From the human T2T-CHM13v2.0 reference genome, Homo sapiens: DNA of 64,000 nucleotides. The position numbers and the translations under genes are program-made. The stretch is from NCBI RefSeq assembly GCF_009914755.1, contig NC_060926.1. One strand, given 5' to 3'. Position 1 is the first letter of the stretch, and every line of letters begins with the position of its first letter. Positions 1-13,699 of the stretch are shown in pieces. The notes under the pieces were generated by a model. The model did no database searches. It had not been told where the DNA came from and was given only the letters and a program-made list of their open reading frames with translations.

Positions 1-2969
1 TATAGAAAATTCCACAGCCAGGTTGAGTGGTTCCAGAACAAATTTATGACTTCCAACCTCAGCTGTGTTCACAATGCTGCTAAAAAAATCTTTTCATTCA
101 GTCAGTACTTTTCAGATACCCCAAGTCCATTGCTCTGAGCTCTCGCCATGCTCCGTGAGTCCCTCCCCCAACCTCAGCACCTCTCGTTGTTTGTAGCCTC
201 TATCTTCACAGCTGGGGGCAGGGGTGAGATGCATATTGACTGAGTAGTTGGTGAAGTGGTACATGCTGTGCCTAGAGTATGAAAAGAAATGAAATTGGAG
301 GATTCTCACATCACACTATGAAATCTTTGTCACTTGTTTCAGTTTAGAGATATGCAAAGTCACTGAAAAGAAGCAAGTTGGATCCCAGGTCTGGAGTATG
401 GCTTTAACCTGTCTAAAAAGAATGTGTCTATTTACAAGGGTCTTGGGCAGCCTGGAAGCCCAGGAAAAAGGTAATCCCAGAGGTCAACCATTCCAGCCGT
501 TGAGCAATTGCAATTGATCACACATACACTCATGGAGTTCCAGTGGGACCCCGATGAGAAGGGCATTGTGGTAAACTTGAGCTTCATAATGCTGCAGCTG
601 CAGCAATTTGGGGAACACTGAGATCTCTCCATGGCTCTTCCGAGCCTCTCAAAAACATTTAACACAATCATCAGGATTAGGGACCTGACAGCCAAGAGGT
701 AAGTTTGGCAGCCCTGAGGCATTTGCTTTTAACAAGCTCCCATGATGATGTCAACTCCCCAATTTATATCTCTAGCCCTCTTGCTTGAACTTCAGACTAT
801 TGACAACTGTTTACAGAACATCTGCTCTTGAGTGTTGAAGTGACATCTCAAATTCAAGATGACCAAAACTTAACTCCTTCCTCTGCCCTGAAACCTGTTC
901 TATCTGCAGTCATCTCCATTCAGTTCATGTTTATGATACAGCTAAAATTGCTCATCAGCATCTAATGAAGCAACGAAGCAACTTTGTCAATCAGACATTG
1001 TTGTTTTACTTTCTTTTTCTTCCATAAACTTACTCTATGGTAGTTCTTTTGTTAGTATGGACTTTGAACTCTTCCTGGGCATCTCCAGACCTGGTCTCTC
1101 ATCAAAAGGCTGATCTCATCTAATTAGGGCCTGAGGACTGCAAGGGAGGGAAGATCAAGGGGAATCCTAGAAACCTGGATTCCGTTCAGGCAGGAAAGCA
1201 GATTGATGATCAATGGCCTGGGTCCATGCCACTTACTGCTTGTGAGACTAGGAAAGTTATTTACTTTCCAGACGATTCATAGATCAACCTAGGGGAGGGG
1301 GTGTTGATTAAATGAGAATATGTATAGTCACTGATGCATAGTAAAAGCTCAGTTAACTACTGGTAGTAATGCTTTATCTTAGGATATTCTGAGCTAGAAA
1401 TAAAGTAAAAAATGAAATTGATTTGGGAGCCTAAAGAAATTATCCTGAAATGCATAAAGAGAAACATGTAAAATACTCATTGAAAAGCTGAAATGGAAAA
1501 TGGTCATTTTCCCATAGATATTGGTGGTTCACTTCATAAATCTTTCTGAATTAATCCTTTAATTCAGTATGTATTTATTGAGCATTTACTATATGTTAGG
1601 CTGTTAGGCACTGCTCTAAATGCTGAAGAAAAATCCGTGAGCAAAACAGGTGAAAATCCCTACATTTCTGAAGCTAACCTTCTATTGGGGGTCATATATT
1701 GAACAAAATAAATAATACTACGGGTTGGAGGAAAGGAGATGATTCATTTGGAGTTTTTAAGTAGAGTGATCTGGGACCTAACGTCATCTTCTGAGCTGGG
1801 GGAAGATACAAAAAAATCTTAAAATATAGTCCCAGCCCTCCAGAAATGCACATTTTGGTTAAGGAAATAAGACAGGATTCACATGCCAATTTTGGTGATA
1901 GAACAAACAAGGCATTATTATGTACATGGAGACAAGCAATGTTCTAAAAGGTCAGAGAAGCTGGGGAGCAGGAAGGGATGCAGCCCAAGGACTTGTTGGC
2001 ATGAGTGGTCTGGAAAAGTCTCCTGAAGGGAGTGGAACTTAGCCGCGAAATAGTGAAGCAAGTTTTCTTCCATCCTTCCTCCCCTCCCGTTAGCTGCTGG
2101 GAAGCAGCTTGTGTTGCAATGGGCCAAAATGAAACACTAATCTTGGCCTTTTCCAGGAAGAGGCTGTCATGGGGAGATACCGTAACGGGCATAGAAAAAC
2201 AATCACAATAGCTTCAGTGGATCCCCACGTGACCTGGCCAAATTGGCTGGAGAGGGAACAAGTCTTTCAGGTCAAGCTCAGGCTTTGAACTCAGTAGGAA
2301 CCAACCCCTGCAGATTCAGTAACACCTTCTACTTCCAAATCTTTATAGCATGAAAATCCAAGGGGGCCACAGATTGCTCTGAGTTAACCACCAGGAGCTG
2401 CCAATAGGAGGGTCCTCCTGCATCTCTTTCTTAAGGCTTTGGGTTTGTACCTGTACTCTAGAGATGTGGCCAAGCCCCACTTGTGGTCTGTGTTAGAGGA
2501 GCCCCAAAGAACACAGACACGAACCTTGGGGGTGGTAGCCAGGTGTAAAGTAGGGCTTGAGAAGAGTGAGTTCCTAGTACCCATTTTAGATTAGACTGCA
2601 CAGGGGAGAAGACAGGCAGGATGTGTGAATCAGGAAATAGATTGGTTCTTTGGGCCTAAATGAGTGTCAAATCTCCAAAGAGTCAAGTACATTAAATTCA
2701 TCCCAGCTTGGTGAGGTAGGTGCTAAGTTTTTCTAACAAAGTAGATGTTTGAATAATTGGGGCCTTAGATGAGTCACTATAGTGGACTGGGTATGGAGAG
2801 GGGCAGCATTATTGATCTCCTTTTCCTCATTCTCCATGTAGAATTGCTACTAGAGTCTTACCTCTATTTTCTCATGGCTATTTGGCCTTCAACTTGAAAT
2901 AGTATCTAGTATGATGCATGGGTTGGATAAAGATGTCAGCCCTTGTAAAATATTGCAGTTACTTTGAAA

Positions 2970-3140
2970 AAAGGCTGGAGTTCTCAACTGGGATCCCTTC
3001 TTACCAGCTACGTGGCCTTGAGCAAGTTGATGCACGTCTCTCAGGCTGTTTTCTTGTCTGTACAATTGGCTAGTGTAAACTTCATGAGGTTATTGTAAGG
3101 ATCAAATTAGATAATGCATGTAGAGTATAGCACCAATAAT
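2970..3140 (+). mobile_element. MIR SINE fragment
   Basis: MIR core-like 'ccttgagcaagttga...tctctcaggctgttttcttgtctgtacaattgg...gttattgtaaggatcaaattagataatgcatgtag'; boundaries approximate. Confidence 0.65.
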
Positions 3141-3669
3141 TGTTTATTGTTATTACTTTTATTATCTAACCAATTGGAGATGAGGAAAAGTAATTATTAG
3201 GGGACAAATATTGTATAACGAGCCGACACAAGAGTGAGTGGAAACTGTAACTTGCCTACCAATGCGGGCTGGATTCACACTTAGCCAGACGTCTCCAATA
3301 ATGCTCCCAGCCCTAGCAGAACCCCAGTTGCCCTCCGAATGGTCACTGGATTTGTCCCTTCCTATCTTCTCTCCTTCTCCAAACCCGGCCCCATAATCCT
3401 GACCTTCATTTCTGCTAGCCCTGGAATCCTATGATTTGCCCTGCTCTTCTTCAGCTCCTCCCAACACTGCAGATGTCTTTGTTCTCCTATGCGTTTGGTC
3501 CTCCTCCTGCCCCTCAATCCAAGGGTCCATCAGTTTCATGCAAATTAGGATCATATTCTCTTCATGACCACTCATCCTAGAAGGGAAAGCTTGCAAATGT
3601 GCAGATGGGTTTGGTGTGAGGGTCAGGATGGACAGAGAAGTGCATTTATTCAGTCCAACATTTTCTAAA

Positions 3670-4140
3670 TACAAATTACATTTTTTAAAAAAGGAAATTA
3701 AAATAACAATTAAATACCATTTCCCCATGGCAAAGGCAAGCAAAGAATGACCGTATACCCTGAGTAGGTGAGGAATATAATTTGGTAACATCTTTCTGGA
3801 GAGCAATTAGGCAATGTATTTCAAAAGTGTTAACATTTTCACATTTTCTTTATCCTAGCAATTCCACTCTTAGGAATTTAATTGAGAATAAGAACAAAGA
3901 TTTACAAGCTTGTCATCACAGTAATTGCCTGGAAATAGTGAAAAAATTGCAAAAGATCTAAGTATTCAAAAATAAGGAATTGGTTGAGTAAGTAGAGACA
4001 TCCCTGTATAGGTTTACTCTGTAGCCATAATGGATAATATTGAGAAATCTATTTATGGTCAATGAAAGATGTTTGTCATATATTATCATATAAAAAGCAG
4101 ATTATAAAGCACTATGTACAGTATTTTACAATGAGTATTT
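3670..4140 (+). mobile_element. Old L1M (L1ME-like) 3' fragment
   Basis: 'aatttggtaacatctttctggagagcaattaggcaatgtatttcaaa...atcctagcaattccactcttaggaattta' resembles the L1 ORF2 3' end/3'UTR. Confidence 0.6.
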
Positions 4141-4146
4141 AAAAAC

Positions 4147-4439
4147 TTTTTATAGAAACAGGGTCTTGCTCTATCACTCAGGCTAGAGTGCAGTGGCACA
4201 ATCATAGCTCACTGACGCCTCTGACTCATGGGATCTGGTGATCCTCCTGCCTCAGCCTCCTGAGTAGCTAGGACTACAGATGTGTGCCACCATGCCTAGC
4301 TAATTTTTAATTTTTTTTGTAGAGATGGGATCTTGCTATTATTGTCCAGGCTGGTCTTGAACTGCTGGTCTCAGGCAATCCTCCTGCCTCAGCCTCTCAA
4401 AAGCACTGGGATTATAGGTGTGAGCCACTGGGCCTGGCC
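4147..4439 (-). mobile_element. AluJ
   Basis: Reverse-complement Alu with J-type features ('ggcacaatcatagctcactg', 'gatcctcctgcctcagcc'), CpG-depleted. Confidence 0.9.
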
Positions 4440-4679
4440 ATATTTGCACATTTTTAAAGTTTCAAAAGATATGTATCAATTTATACACTAGTATCTTGGT
4501 GTTTGGAGGTTACAAGTTATTCTCTATTTTCTTTTCTTTTTTTTTGTATATTTTCTGATTCCTTTATGGTTAATGTGAATTAGTCATGTAATTACAAGCC
4601 ATTTTAATTTGCATTAAATTACTAGTAACACATTTTAGGCTTTGGGAATTCAAAAAATGAATAAGAGAAGGAGAAACAA

Positions 4680-4875
4680 CATTTATTGAATTTTTTTTAA
4701 CATTTTAGGCAATGAGCTGAATCCTTTGTATAATTTAATTCATTTAATTTTTACCATAATTGCATGGGATATTATGTTTCCAGTTTACAGATAAGGGAAC
4801 TGAGGCTCATAGAAGATTAGAAACTAGCCTAAGATTGTACATTCAGTGGGATTTGAAACCAGATCTGACGCCAAA
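4680..4875 (-). mobile_element. MIR SINE fragment
   Basis: 'tttacagataagggaactgaggctcatagaagattag...gtgggatttgaaaccagatctgac'. Confidence 0.7.
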
Positions 4876-5639
4876 GAACTTATCGATATTCATACAGGTT
4901 TAAAATTTTTCCATGACACCACAGGAGCTTGCAGTATTAGAGGGGCTCAGAACCCACAAACCCAAAGACTTCAGGTCCAGGCAGACCCAGATCAGTGGCT
5001 CATGAGTGAGACAAACATAGGGTCATGGAGATGCATAGAGGGGAGATCTGGCTGCATAATCAGGGAGTGAGATCTGATGTGAACTTGATGTCAGATTTCA
5101 GGAATCAGCAATTGAGGCTAGAGCTTTTCCCGAAGGCCAAAGAATGTGGGTGCAGTGGCAAGGAGGAAGAGTAGGGACAGATGGGTTGTCTGGAGTAGAC
5201 GTGGGGAAGTTTCTGACACAGGCAGTACTGGACAAGGTTGTCTGCACGAGGTTTGTTGATTCATATTTCACGGTTAATCTCTTTGCATTTATTTATTTTA
5301 TAGCATTACCACTTTTGTGTCATTGATTTTCACTTCTGAGTTTGCCTATTTGTTTGAAATCTCTTCATCTCATTTCTATTAGTTTTTATACTCCATTGAG
5401 CACTTCTCAGTGAGTGAGCATTTTCACTTCACACTCATCAAAGAGCCAAATGAGGAGAGGAGACACCCTAACTGCAGGGATTAGGTAGTAGGCTTCAGAG
5501 GCAGTGACCAAGCAGGATCCCTGGTAGGCCACTCCCTCTCCTCTGCTACCTGGAAGCAGAACAAGGCTGGATCTCACCCTTCTGCTACCTGCATTTAACT
5601 AACTAGGAAGTCATATGGGTTATATTTTAAAATATATTT

Positions 5640-6060
5640 TAAAAATATGTATCTGACAAATGCATTTCATGATCCTAGATTGGATTCTGGGTTGGAAAAA
5701 ATTACTATAAAGTACATTGGCAAAATTTGAATGTAGGCTATATATTGTATAATAGTTTGTTATCAATGCTAAATTTTCCAAATTTGTTAATTATACTGTA
5801 GTTATATAAAAAGATCCTTGTTCTTAAAAGACAGATGCTGAAGTATTTGGGGTTAAGGAGCATGATGTCAGCAACCTATTCTTAAATGGCTAGGCAAAAC
5901 CAATAATAATGTGTGCATGTGTGCAGATTATCTATTTATCTATCTATCCATCTATCCAACTATCTAGAGAGAAATAAAACAAATGAGGCAAAATATTAAC
6001 GACTGGTAAATCTAGGTTAAAGGTATGTAAATGTTCATTGTATTCTTGCAGCTTTTATGA
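5640..6060 (+). mobile_element. L1M 3'UTR fragment containing a (TATC)n-like tract at ~5929-5966
   Basis: 'atgatcctagattggattctgg...ggcaaaatttgaat...tgctgaagtatttggggttaagg...tgtattcttgcagctttt' matches old L1M 3' ends. Confidence 0.6.
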
Positions 6061-6099
6061 AAGTTTTTTTTTTTTTTAAAAAGGTTAACAATTTCTCTT

Positions 6100-7975
6100 G
6101 AAGACTTCTGCTTCTGGCCAAAGTGGAGTAATAGGTTCAGATTTGCCCTCTTGCCTGAAACAATAACAACAACAACAACAAACACAATAAAGATATATGA
6201 AGGAATGGTTTTCAAGACATGGACATCAGGTGACAAATGACAGTGATTCCTGGGAGTTGAGGAGAGTTTTACAATTGCTCCAGCTTACAGCCCTGAAGAA
6301 GTTCCTAGGGCACAGTTCAGGAAGGTGGAACCCAGATGGAGCCTGGAAAATGCTCTGAGTTGAGGAAACAGAGATAAGAGTATGGGGAGACCAAAGCAAC
6401 TAGAGTTTGCAGGATAGATGATGGAGAGGAGAGAGGTGCACAGAGAGAGCCCAGGAGATCCTCAGGGGTCTCCTCAAGATCGGTTCAACTAAGTACCAAT
6501 CAGCACATGTGTGTGAGGAAACCATCTGCGAGGATTAGAAGCAGCGCTGCTCAGTGCTCACTCAGGGCTGAGAACAGTGCCAGTTCCCACCTGCCAGATT
6601 GGAAAGTCCCATGATTCCTGGGGCACTCAGTAGTTTGTACAGAAGGTCCTTGCCTCAGAAGTGGGCAATAAATAACCCTAGACTGAGCACTTCTCAGCAC
6701 CCTTGAAAAAAAAAATCATAAAATCAAAACCTGAGGATCCAACTGTTTCCAAGTAGTTTAACTTATCCCAGAGCAAAGTTCAAAAATATATATAGGAATC
6801 CAAAAATATTTAACACCCAGCAAAGTACATTTACAATGTCTAGTATCTAAGCAAAAATTACCAGGTATGAGAAGAAGTAGAAAAATATGACCCATATTAA
6901 AAAGGAGCCTAGGCTTTTCCCCTCACTCAGCTGTGATGAGGCACCCCAACCCTTCCTTGCTGGGGTGATGTGCCCTGTAATGACCTTCTCCTCAGTGATT
7001 ATGTCAGTGAAGGCCATGTGGGGACCTGGAACTCTCACCCTCACCAGCTGTAATGAGACACTCTACCCCAGTGGAGTGTCCACAGAGGCCAAGTGAGGAC
7101 TGTGGACTTACACAACCACCTGGCAATTATGAAGCAGCAGTCCCCTTTCCTGACTGGCACAGTGTCAGACAGGGCCTGCTAAAACAGAAAATTTAAATAA
7201 GATATAATGTCTTATATAATTCCCCCAAAGCCCAGGAATTAATAGAAAATCACTCATCATGTCAAGAACCAGGAAAATCTCAACTTGAATGAGAAAAGAC
7301 AACAAATGCCAATGTTGAGATGACACAGATGTTGACAAAAATTTTAAAGAAACCATTATAAAAATGCTTCAATGAGTAGTTATAAACATGCTTAAAACAA
7401 ATTTAAAAATAGAATGTCTCAGCAGGAAAACACAAGACATAAAGAGGAGCCAAATAGGCTGGGTGCGGTGGTTCACCCCATTAATACCAGCACTTTGGGG
7501 TGCTGAGGTAAGAGGATCGCTTGAGCCCAGGAGTTTGAGACCAGCCTGGGAAACATGACAAATTCCTGTCTCTACAAAAAACACAAAAAGAGCTGGTGTG
7601 GTGGTGCGTGCCTATAGTCCCAGCTAACTCAGGAGGATGAGGTGGGAGGTTGGCTTGAGTCCAGATGGCAGAGGTTGCGGTGAGCTGTGATTGCATAATT
7701 CAAGAAGCTAATGAACCTCAAACAGAATAAACTGAAAAGAAATCCATGACAAAGCACATCATAATCAAACTTCTGTAAAACTAAGACAAGACAGAATGAG
7801 AGAAATGACACCTTGCACAGAGAGGGAAAATAATTTGAATGACAGAAATTTTTCATCAGAAACTGTGGAGGCCAGAGGGAGGCATCACACATTTTTCAAG
7901 TCCTGAATGAAAAGAACTGTCAGCCCAGAATCCTAATTCAGTGAAAATGTCATTCAGGAATAAAAGGGAGATTGC
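6100..7975 (+). mobile_element. Old L1M 5'UTR/ORF1 remnant, interrupted by AluJ
   Basis: Starts 'gacttctgcttctggcc' (L1M 5' end-like); ORF1-like 'cacatcataatcaaacttctg...tcatcagaaactgtggaggccaga...gaaaagaactgtcagcccagaatcct'. Confidence 0.75.
7457..7695 (+). mobile_element. AluJ, 3'-truncated (no tail)
   Basis: 'ggctgggtgcggtggttcac...gaggatcgcttgagcccaggagtttgagacc'; stops at 'gagctgtgattgc' and L1 sequence resumes. Confidence 0.9.
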
Positions 7976-8220
7976 CTAGCTATATTAAAACATTATAATT
8001 TAGCCTAATGTAATTTTCTAGGCAGTTTCAGTCAGTTTTTTGCTACTCTCTGATGTTCAAGATAGAAAAAGTTATTTTACAAGCAAGCTGAATACAAAAT
8101 AATGGAAATAGTTTGTAAAACCAGTATATATTATATGCCTATATTGCACATGTTAAAGCACTCCATTATAATACAGTATGTAATCTACTGTTTTTGAACG
8201 GTTTTGTTCAGCATTTGGCT

Positions 8221-8573
8221 ATTTAAAAAATATTTATAAAGAGATTTATTTCTTTCAGTTCTGGAGGCAGGAAAGTCCAAGGTTGAGGGGTTCACATCTG
8301 GTGAGGGCCTTCTTGCTGTGTCATCCCATGGCAGAAGGTGGAAAGGTAAGAGGGCATGTGTGTATATGTGTGACGGGGTGGAAAAGAGCGAGAAGGAGAA
8401 AAAGAGAGAGAGAAGTAAGAAGATCAAAATCACCCTTTTATCAGGAACCCTGTTTTATCTGGGAAACATAACAGCATTAATCCGTTCATGAAGGCAGAGG
8501 CCTCATGACCAAACCACCTCTTAAAGGTCCTACCTTTCAACATGGTTGCACTGTGAATTAAGTTTCCAAGAAT
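8221..8573. mobile_element. MST-type MaLR LTR fragment lacking both termini
   Basis: 'gatttatttctttcagttctggaggcaggaaagtccaagg...catcccatggcagaagg...ttaatccgttcatga...accacctcttaaaggtcctacct...attaagtttccaa'. Confidence 0.75.
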
Positions 8574-8944
8574 ATTTGGCTCTTAAGTACATTTTTGTTG
8601 TTGTTTCCATTTAGAATTTCTTTTCTAGAGCTTGCTTTAATTTTATTCATTCAAAACTTTGCACTTGCTTTCTTTTCCTATATTTATTTCCTTTTTAGGT
8701 TATGAAGCTTTTTGAGGTGGAACCAAGCACAATTCTTGGATCTAAATAAGCATTTGATTTAAGTTATCTTTGAGCTTTTAATAACTTAATGAACATTCTA
8801 TGCTATTCTATGGGAAATGCTTGAGTTTTTCATTTGCTTATATTTTCTTTATCAATTTTGTGTCTTTTGGGTAAGTAAAGGACATAAAGTATGGAATACC
8901 TTAATAAGACAGTGAATTAAATCTATTCCCCTGATTTAACTACG

Positions 8945-10125
<1,181 letters not shown>

Positions 10126-10180
10126 AAAAACTTTAGGAAGAATATGAGCTATAAGTCAGTCACACATTAATTAACGTTAA

Positions 10181-10495
<315 letters not shown>

Positions 10496-11499
10496 CCGGA
10501 ATCTGCATTTCAACAAGCTCTTCTGATGGTTCCTCTGCATCTGGGAGTCGAGAAGTTCTTGCTCTATGGCCTCTGAAGTTGCTTCGAACCCAATTCAGAA
10601 TCTCAACCCACTCCTCTGCCTCTTCTAGTCATAGTTACTTTTCCTTAAGTGCCACACTGGCATAAAGGCGTTCGATGTTCCACTATCTTTCCTGCAGGTG
10701 TTCAGCACATGATCGGTGGTTTCTAGGGTCTGCCATGGGTCTTACTAATTATTTGGAACCAAATATAACAGAAAACAAGTTTGGAATTCTAAAAAATCCC
10801 TTAAAAACCTTTTTAAAAAATCTTGGACACAGCAGCTGTGAATGGTCTGGGCCTGCCTGTGCAGTTATTGCTGAAATTACTGGGGCTGTTGAGTATTTGG
10901 AAATCAAATCCCAGAAGTGAATTGGCTGTGCCAATCAGTTGTAAAAGGATCTGGCCCTGGGAGGTTTGATGGGTAGGGGCAAATGGGGACATGGGAAGAG
11001 GGTGGGAGGCTTCAGGACTGCATGAACTGAGTAGAAAGATTTGGCTTTTGGGGACAGAGCATGCAACGGGCAGCTGTTCCCGGTGACCTGGGCATCTGGG
11101 ACTTACTGAGGGAGAGACGTGATCTTGGCCTAGCTGACCACCATCGAAACCACTCATCGGAGGCGTGGATGCAGTTTGCTGGGAAGATGAGCACCGATCT
11201 GTCTGGTGGTCACATGGAGGGCTTTGCAGATCTCTGACACTGGATATTTCCCCTTGCCCTGGTGCCAAGGACTAGGGGAGAGATCACTCTGGGCTTGAGT
11301 CAGGGACAGGGATGCCAGGCACAGCGAAAGAAGATGACTGTGGTACAAACCCAGCTGATGAAGTGGAAAATAAATAAAAGAGAAGGAATCAAGCTGGTTC
11401 ATGTAGGAAGCATGCACACACTCATCCCATCCATTGTTCCACATCGGGCACCTCCCTGAGCTAGCTGCCACTCCTGCTGCACTCTGCCACTCCTTGGAA

Positions 11500-11770
11500 G
11501 GCAGCACAGGGCAGTGGTTAGAGCCTTCTCTTTCAGTGTCAGACAGGCCTGGGTTCATGTCCAGGTCTGCCACTTTACTTACTAGCTGTGGGATGCTGAT
11601 GAGCCCAAGCTCTCTCCTAGCCTGCTTCTTGATCAGTAAAATGACAATGACTAGAGTACCTAGTATATGGAGTTACTGCAGGACTTGAATGTGCCAATAC
11701 ATCTAACATGCTTAGCATAGGGCCTGATCATGGTTGGCATTTGATAAGTGCTAGTTGTTATCATTATTAA
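11500..11770 (+). mobile_element. MIR SINE
   Basis: 'gcagtggttagagc...tcagacaggcctgggttc...ctgccactttacttactagctgtg...tgcttagcatagggcctg'. Confidence 0.75.
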
Positions 11771-12729
11771 TATTACTAATCATCAAAGAAAGATCTTCAG
11801 TTGGATATTTGGGCAAAATTATGAAATTTATCCCTAATCTTTTGATTTACAGATTGGTGTGGATCTGTTATTAAGTGTTTTCTTTTTTTTTTTTTAAGTT
11901 ATCTTGTTTCCTGACTCCTGAATTGAAGAGTGTTTCTTCTATGAATTTCTTTTCTTACAGAAATAAAATTGAAAGAACTTTTAGAGAACTGACATGTTAG
12001 ACACAGTCTTGAGCTTCATAGAGATCACAGTCTGTCAGGGGAGAAAGAGGACGAAAATAAGCAATTTCAGTACAGGGGAGGAACATTTCAAAAGGGGAAT
12101 GTGGGGTGCTAGGAAGGAGGGAGATGCATGAACTTAACACACCTGTCACTTCTGAGCAACTGGTACTTCCAGCAGCCCCTCCTGCTGCCCCCTCCATGCT
12201 TCCCTCTGAAAGCAACACCTAATAAGCCATTAATAAGTCAGAAGAAAAGGTTTGCCATGAAGAAAAGGCTCTAAGTATATTTCTTTTAGTTTCTTGAAAT
12301 TTTCAAGTCTGATTTTAGGAAGTTGCCATAACTTGAAAAATTTCAAACACTGCATGAGCATCTAGCAAAAGCTTGTAAAATAAAATGAGTGCTCATCACA
12401 TTTAGAGGAATTATAAAGGCAGCTGTGATACAGGAAAAAGAGCCCTAGTCTTGGAGAGTGGAGCTGTGTATGTGCCCTGGTTTCAGGTGCTGTATGATGA
12501 TATCAGGCATGGCACTAAACTACGATGAGCCTCAGCTTCTTCATCTGTAAACTGGGGATGAGGACACCTACCTCCCAGGATGGTAGAAGGACTACATATG
12601 ATTGTACTAGATACAAAAGTAAAACAGTGAACAAACAGATGAAGATTGTTTATCTGGGAGTTTAAAACCCAGAATCTTCCAAACAACAGAATGCTGAAAA
12701 TAGTAAAGACTAGCTAAGGTTTAAAAGAC

Positions 12730-13180
12730 TAGCATTTATTGAATCCTTACTGTGTCTAAGCATGGAAGACATTTTATCTCATTTAATTCTCATAACCTGT
12801 GAGATAGATACTCTCATCATCTGCATATTACAGGTGAGAAAACTGAGGCTCAGAAAAGTGAAGTAATTTGTCCCATATTCCCAAACTAGCTAGTGTCAAA
12901 GCCTGACTTTTTGACACTGGATGTTTTGAGCTCAGAGCACTTTTTTTTTTTTCTTGGACATTTTGAGCTTAGAGCACATCCTCTTTTATGTTATATTCCT
13001 GTGCTTGTGTGTATTATCTCATTTAAAACGCACAATCCTATGTGGCCTGTATATTATTCCCATTCAGTATGTGAGGAAACTAAGTCACAGAGAGAATAAA
13101 TAACTTTCTCAAGGTCACCAAGTAAGTAAACTGGAGTCAGGTTCAAACTCAGGCAGCCTGACTCCAGGGCGCTTCAACCA
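12730..13180 (-). mobile_element. Two adjacent MIR fragments
   Basis: 'attacaggtgagaaaactgaggctcagaaaagtgaagtaatttgtcc' and 'gaggaaactaagtcacagagagaataaataactttctcaaggtcac...caggttcaaactcaggcagcctgactccag'. Confidence 0.75.
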
Positions 13181-13699
13181 CAATGCTAATGGAATTATTC
13201 TAAAATGATTTTAAAAACAATCATTCATTTTCAAAATCATGGTATCGGAATGCGTGAAAAAAGACTTGCTATGGCACAGAGAACATTGTAATGGGGTAAC
13301 CCGCCAGGCTAGGAATGACCCAGGTATGACCACTGGTCATGGCACAAGGCCCTTTCTGAGCAATATAGGCAGGGCAGAGCCTGCCATGATGGAAATCACA
13401 GTAACATCATGGAGGTGGCGCTGGTAAAAAAAAAACCAGCTCTGCCCGATGTGCATCGATTACAAGACCTGGTGGCGAACATATGTTTTACAGCCTTAAA
13501 TTGCATTCGTGCAAATATTTATCATCCATCCCCTGCCAAATCCGCATAATGGAAAAACAAACCAAAGGAAAACCTCCAGAGGATGTGAAGGCTATATCAA
13601 GTCTCTTGCCAATTGTTGTGCTCTTTGGGCGTAATATATCTAAATCTTAGTAATTCCAGGATTTCCAGTAATCTGGAATATCCGCTACCCTGTCCTGAA

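Noticed and set aside
10701-10721. REST/RE1 site (TTCAGCAC), and CACGGACAG at ~44380
   Set aside because: Each matches only one half of the RE1 consensus.
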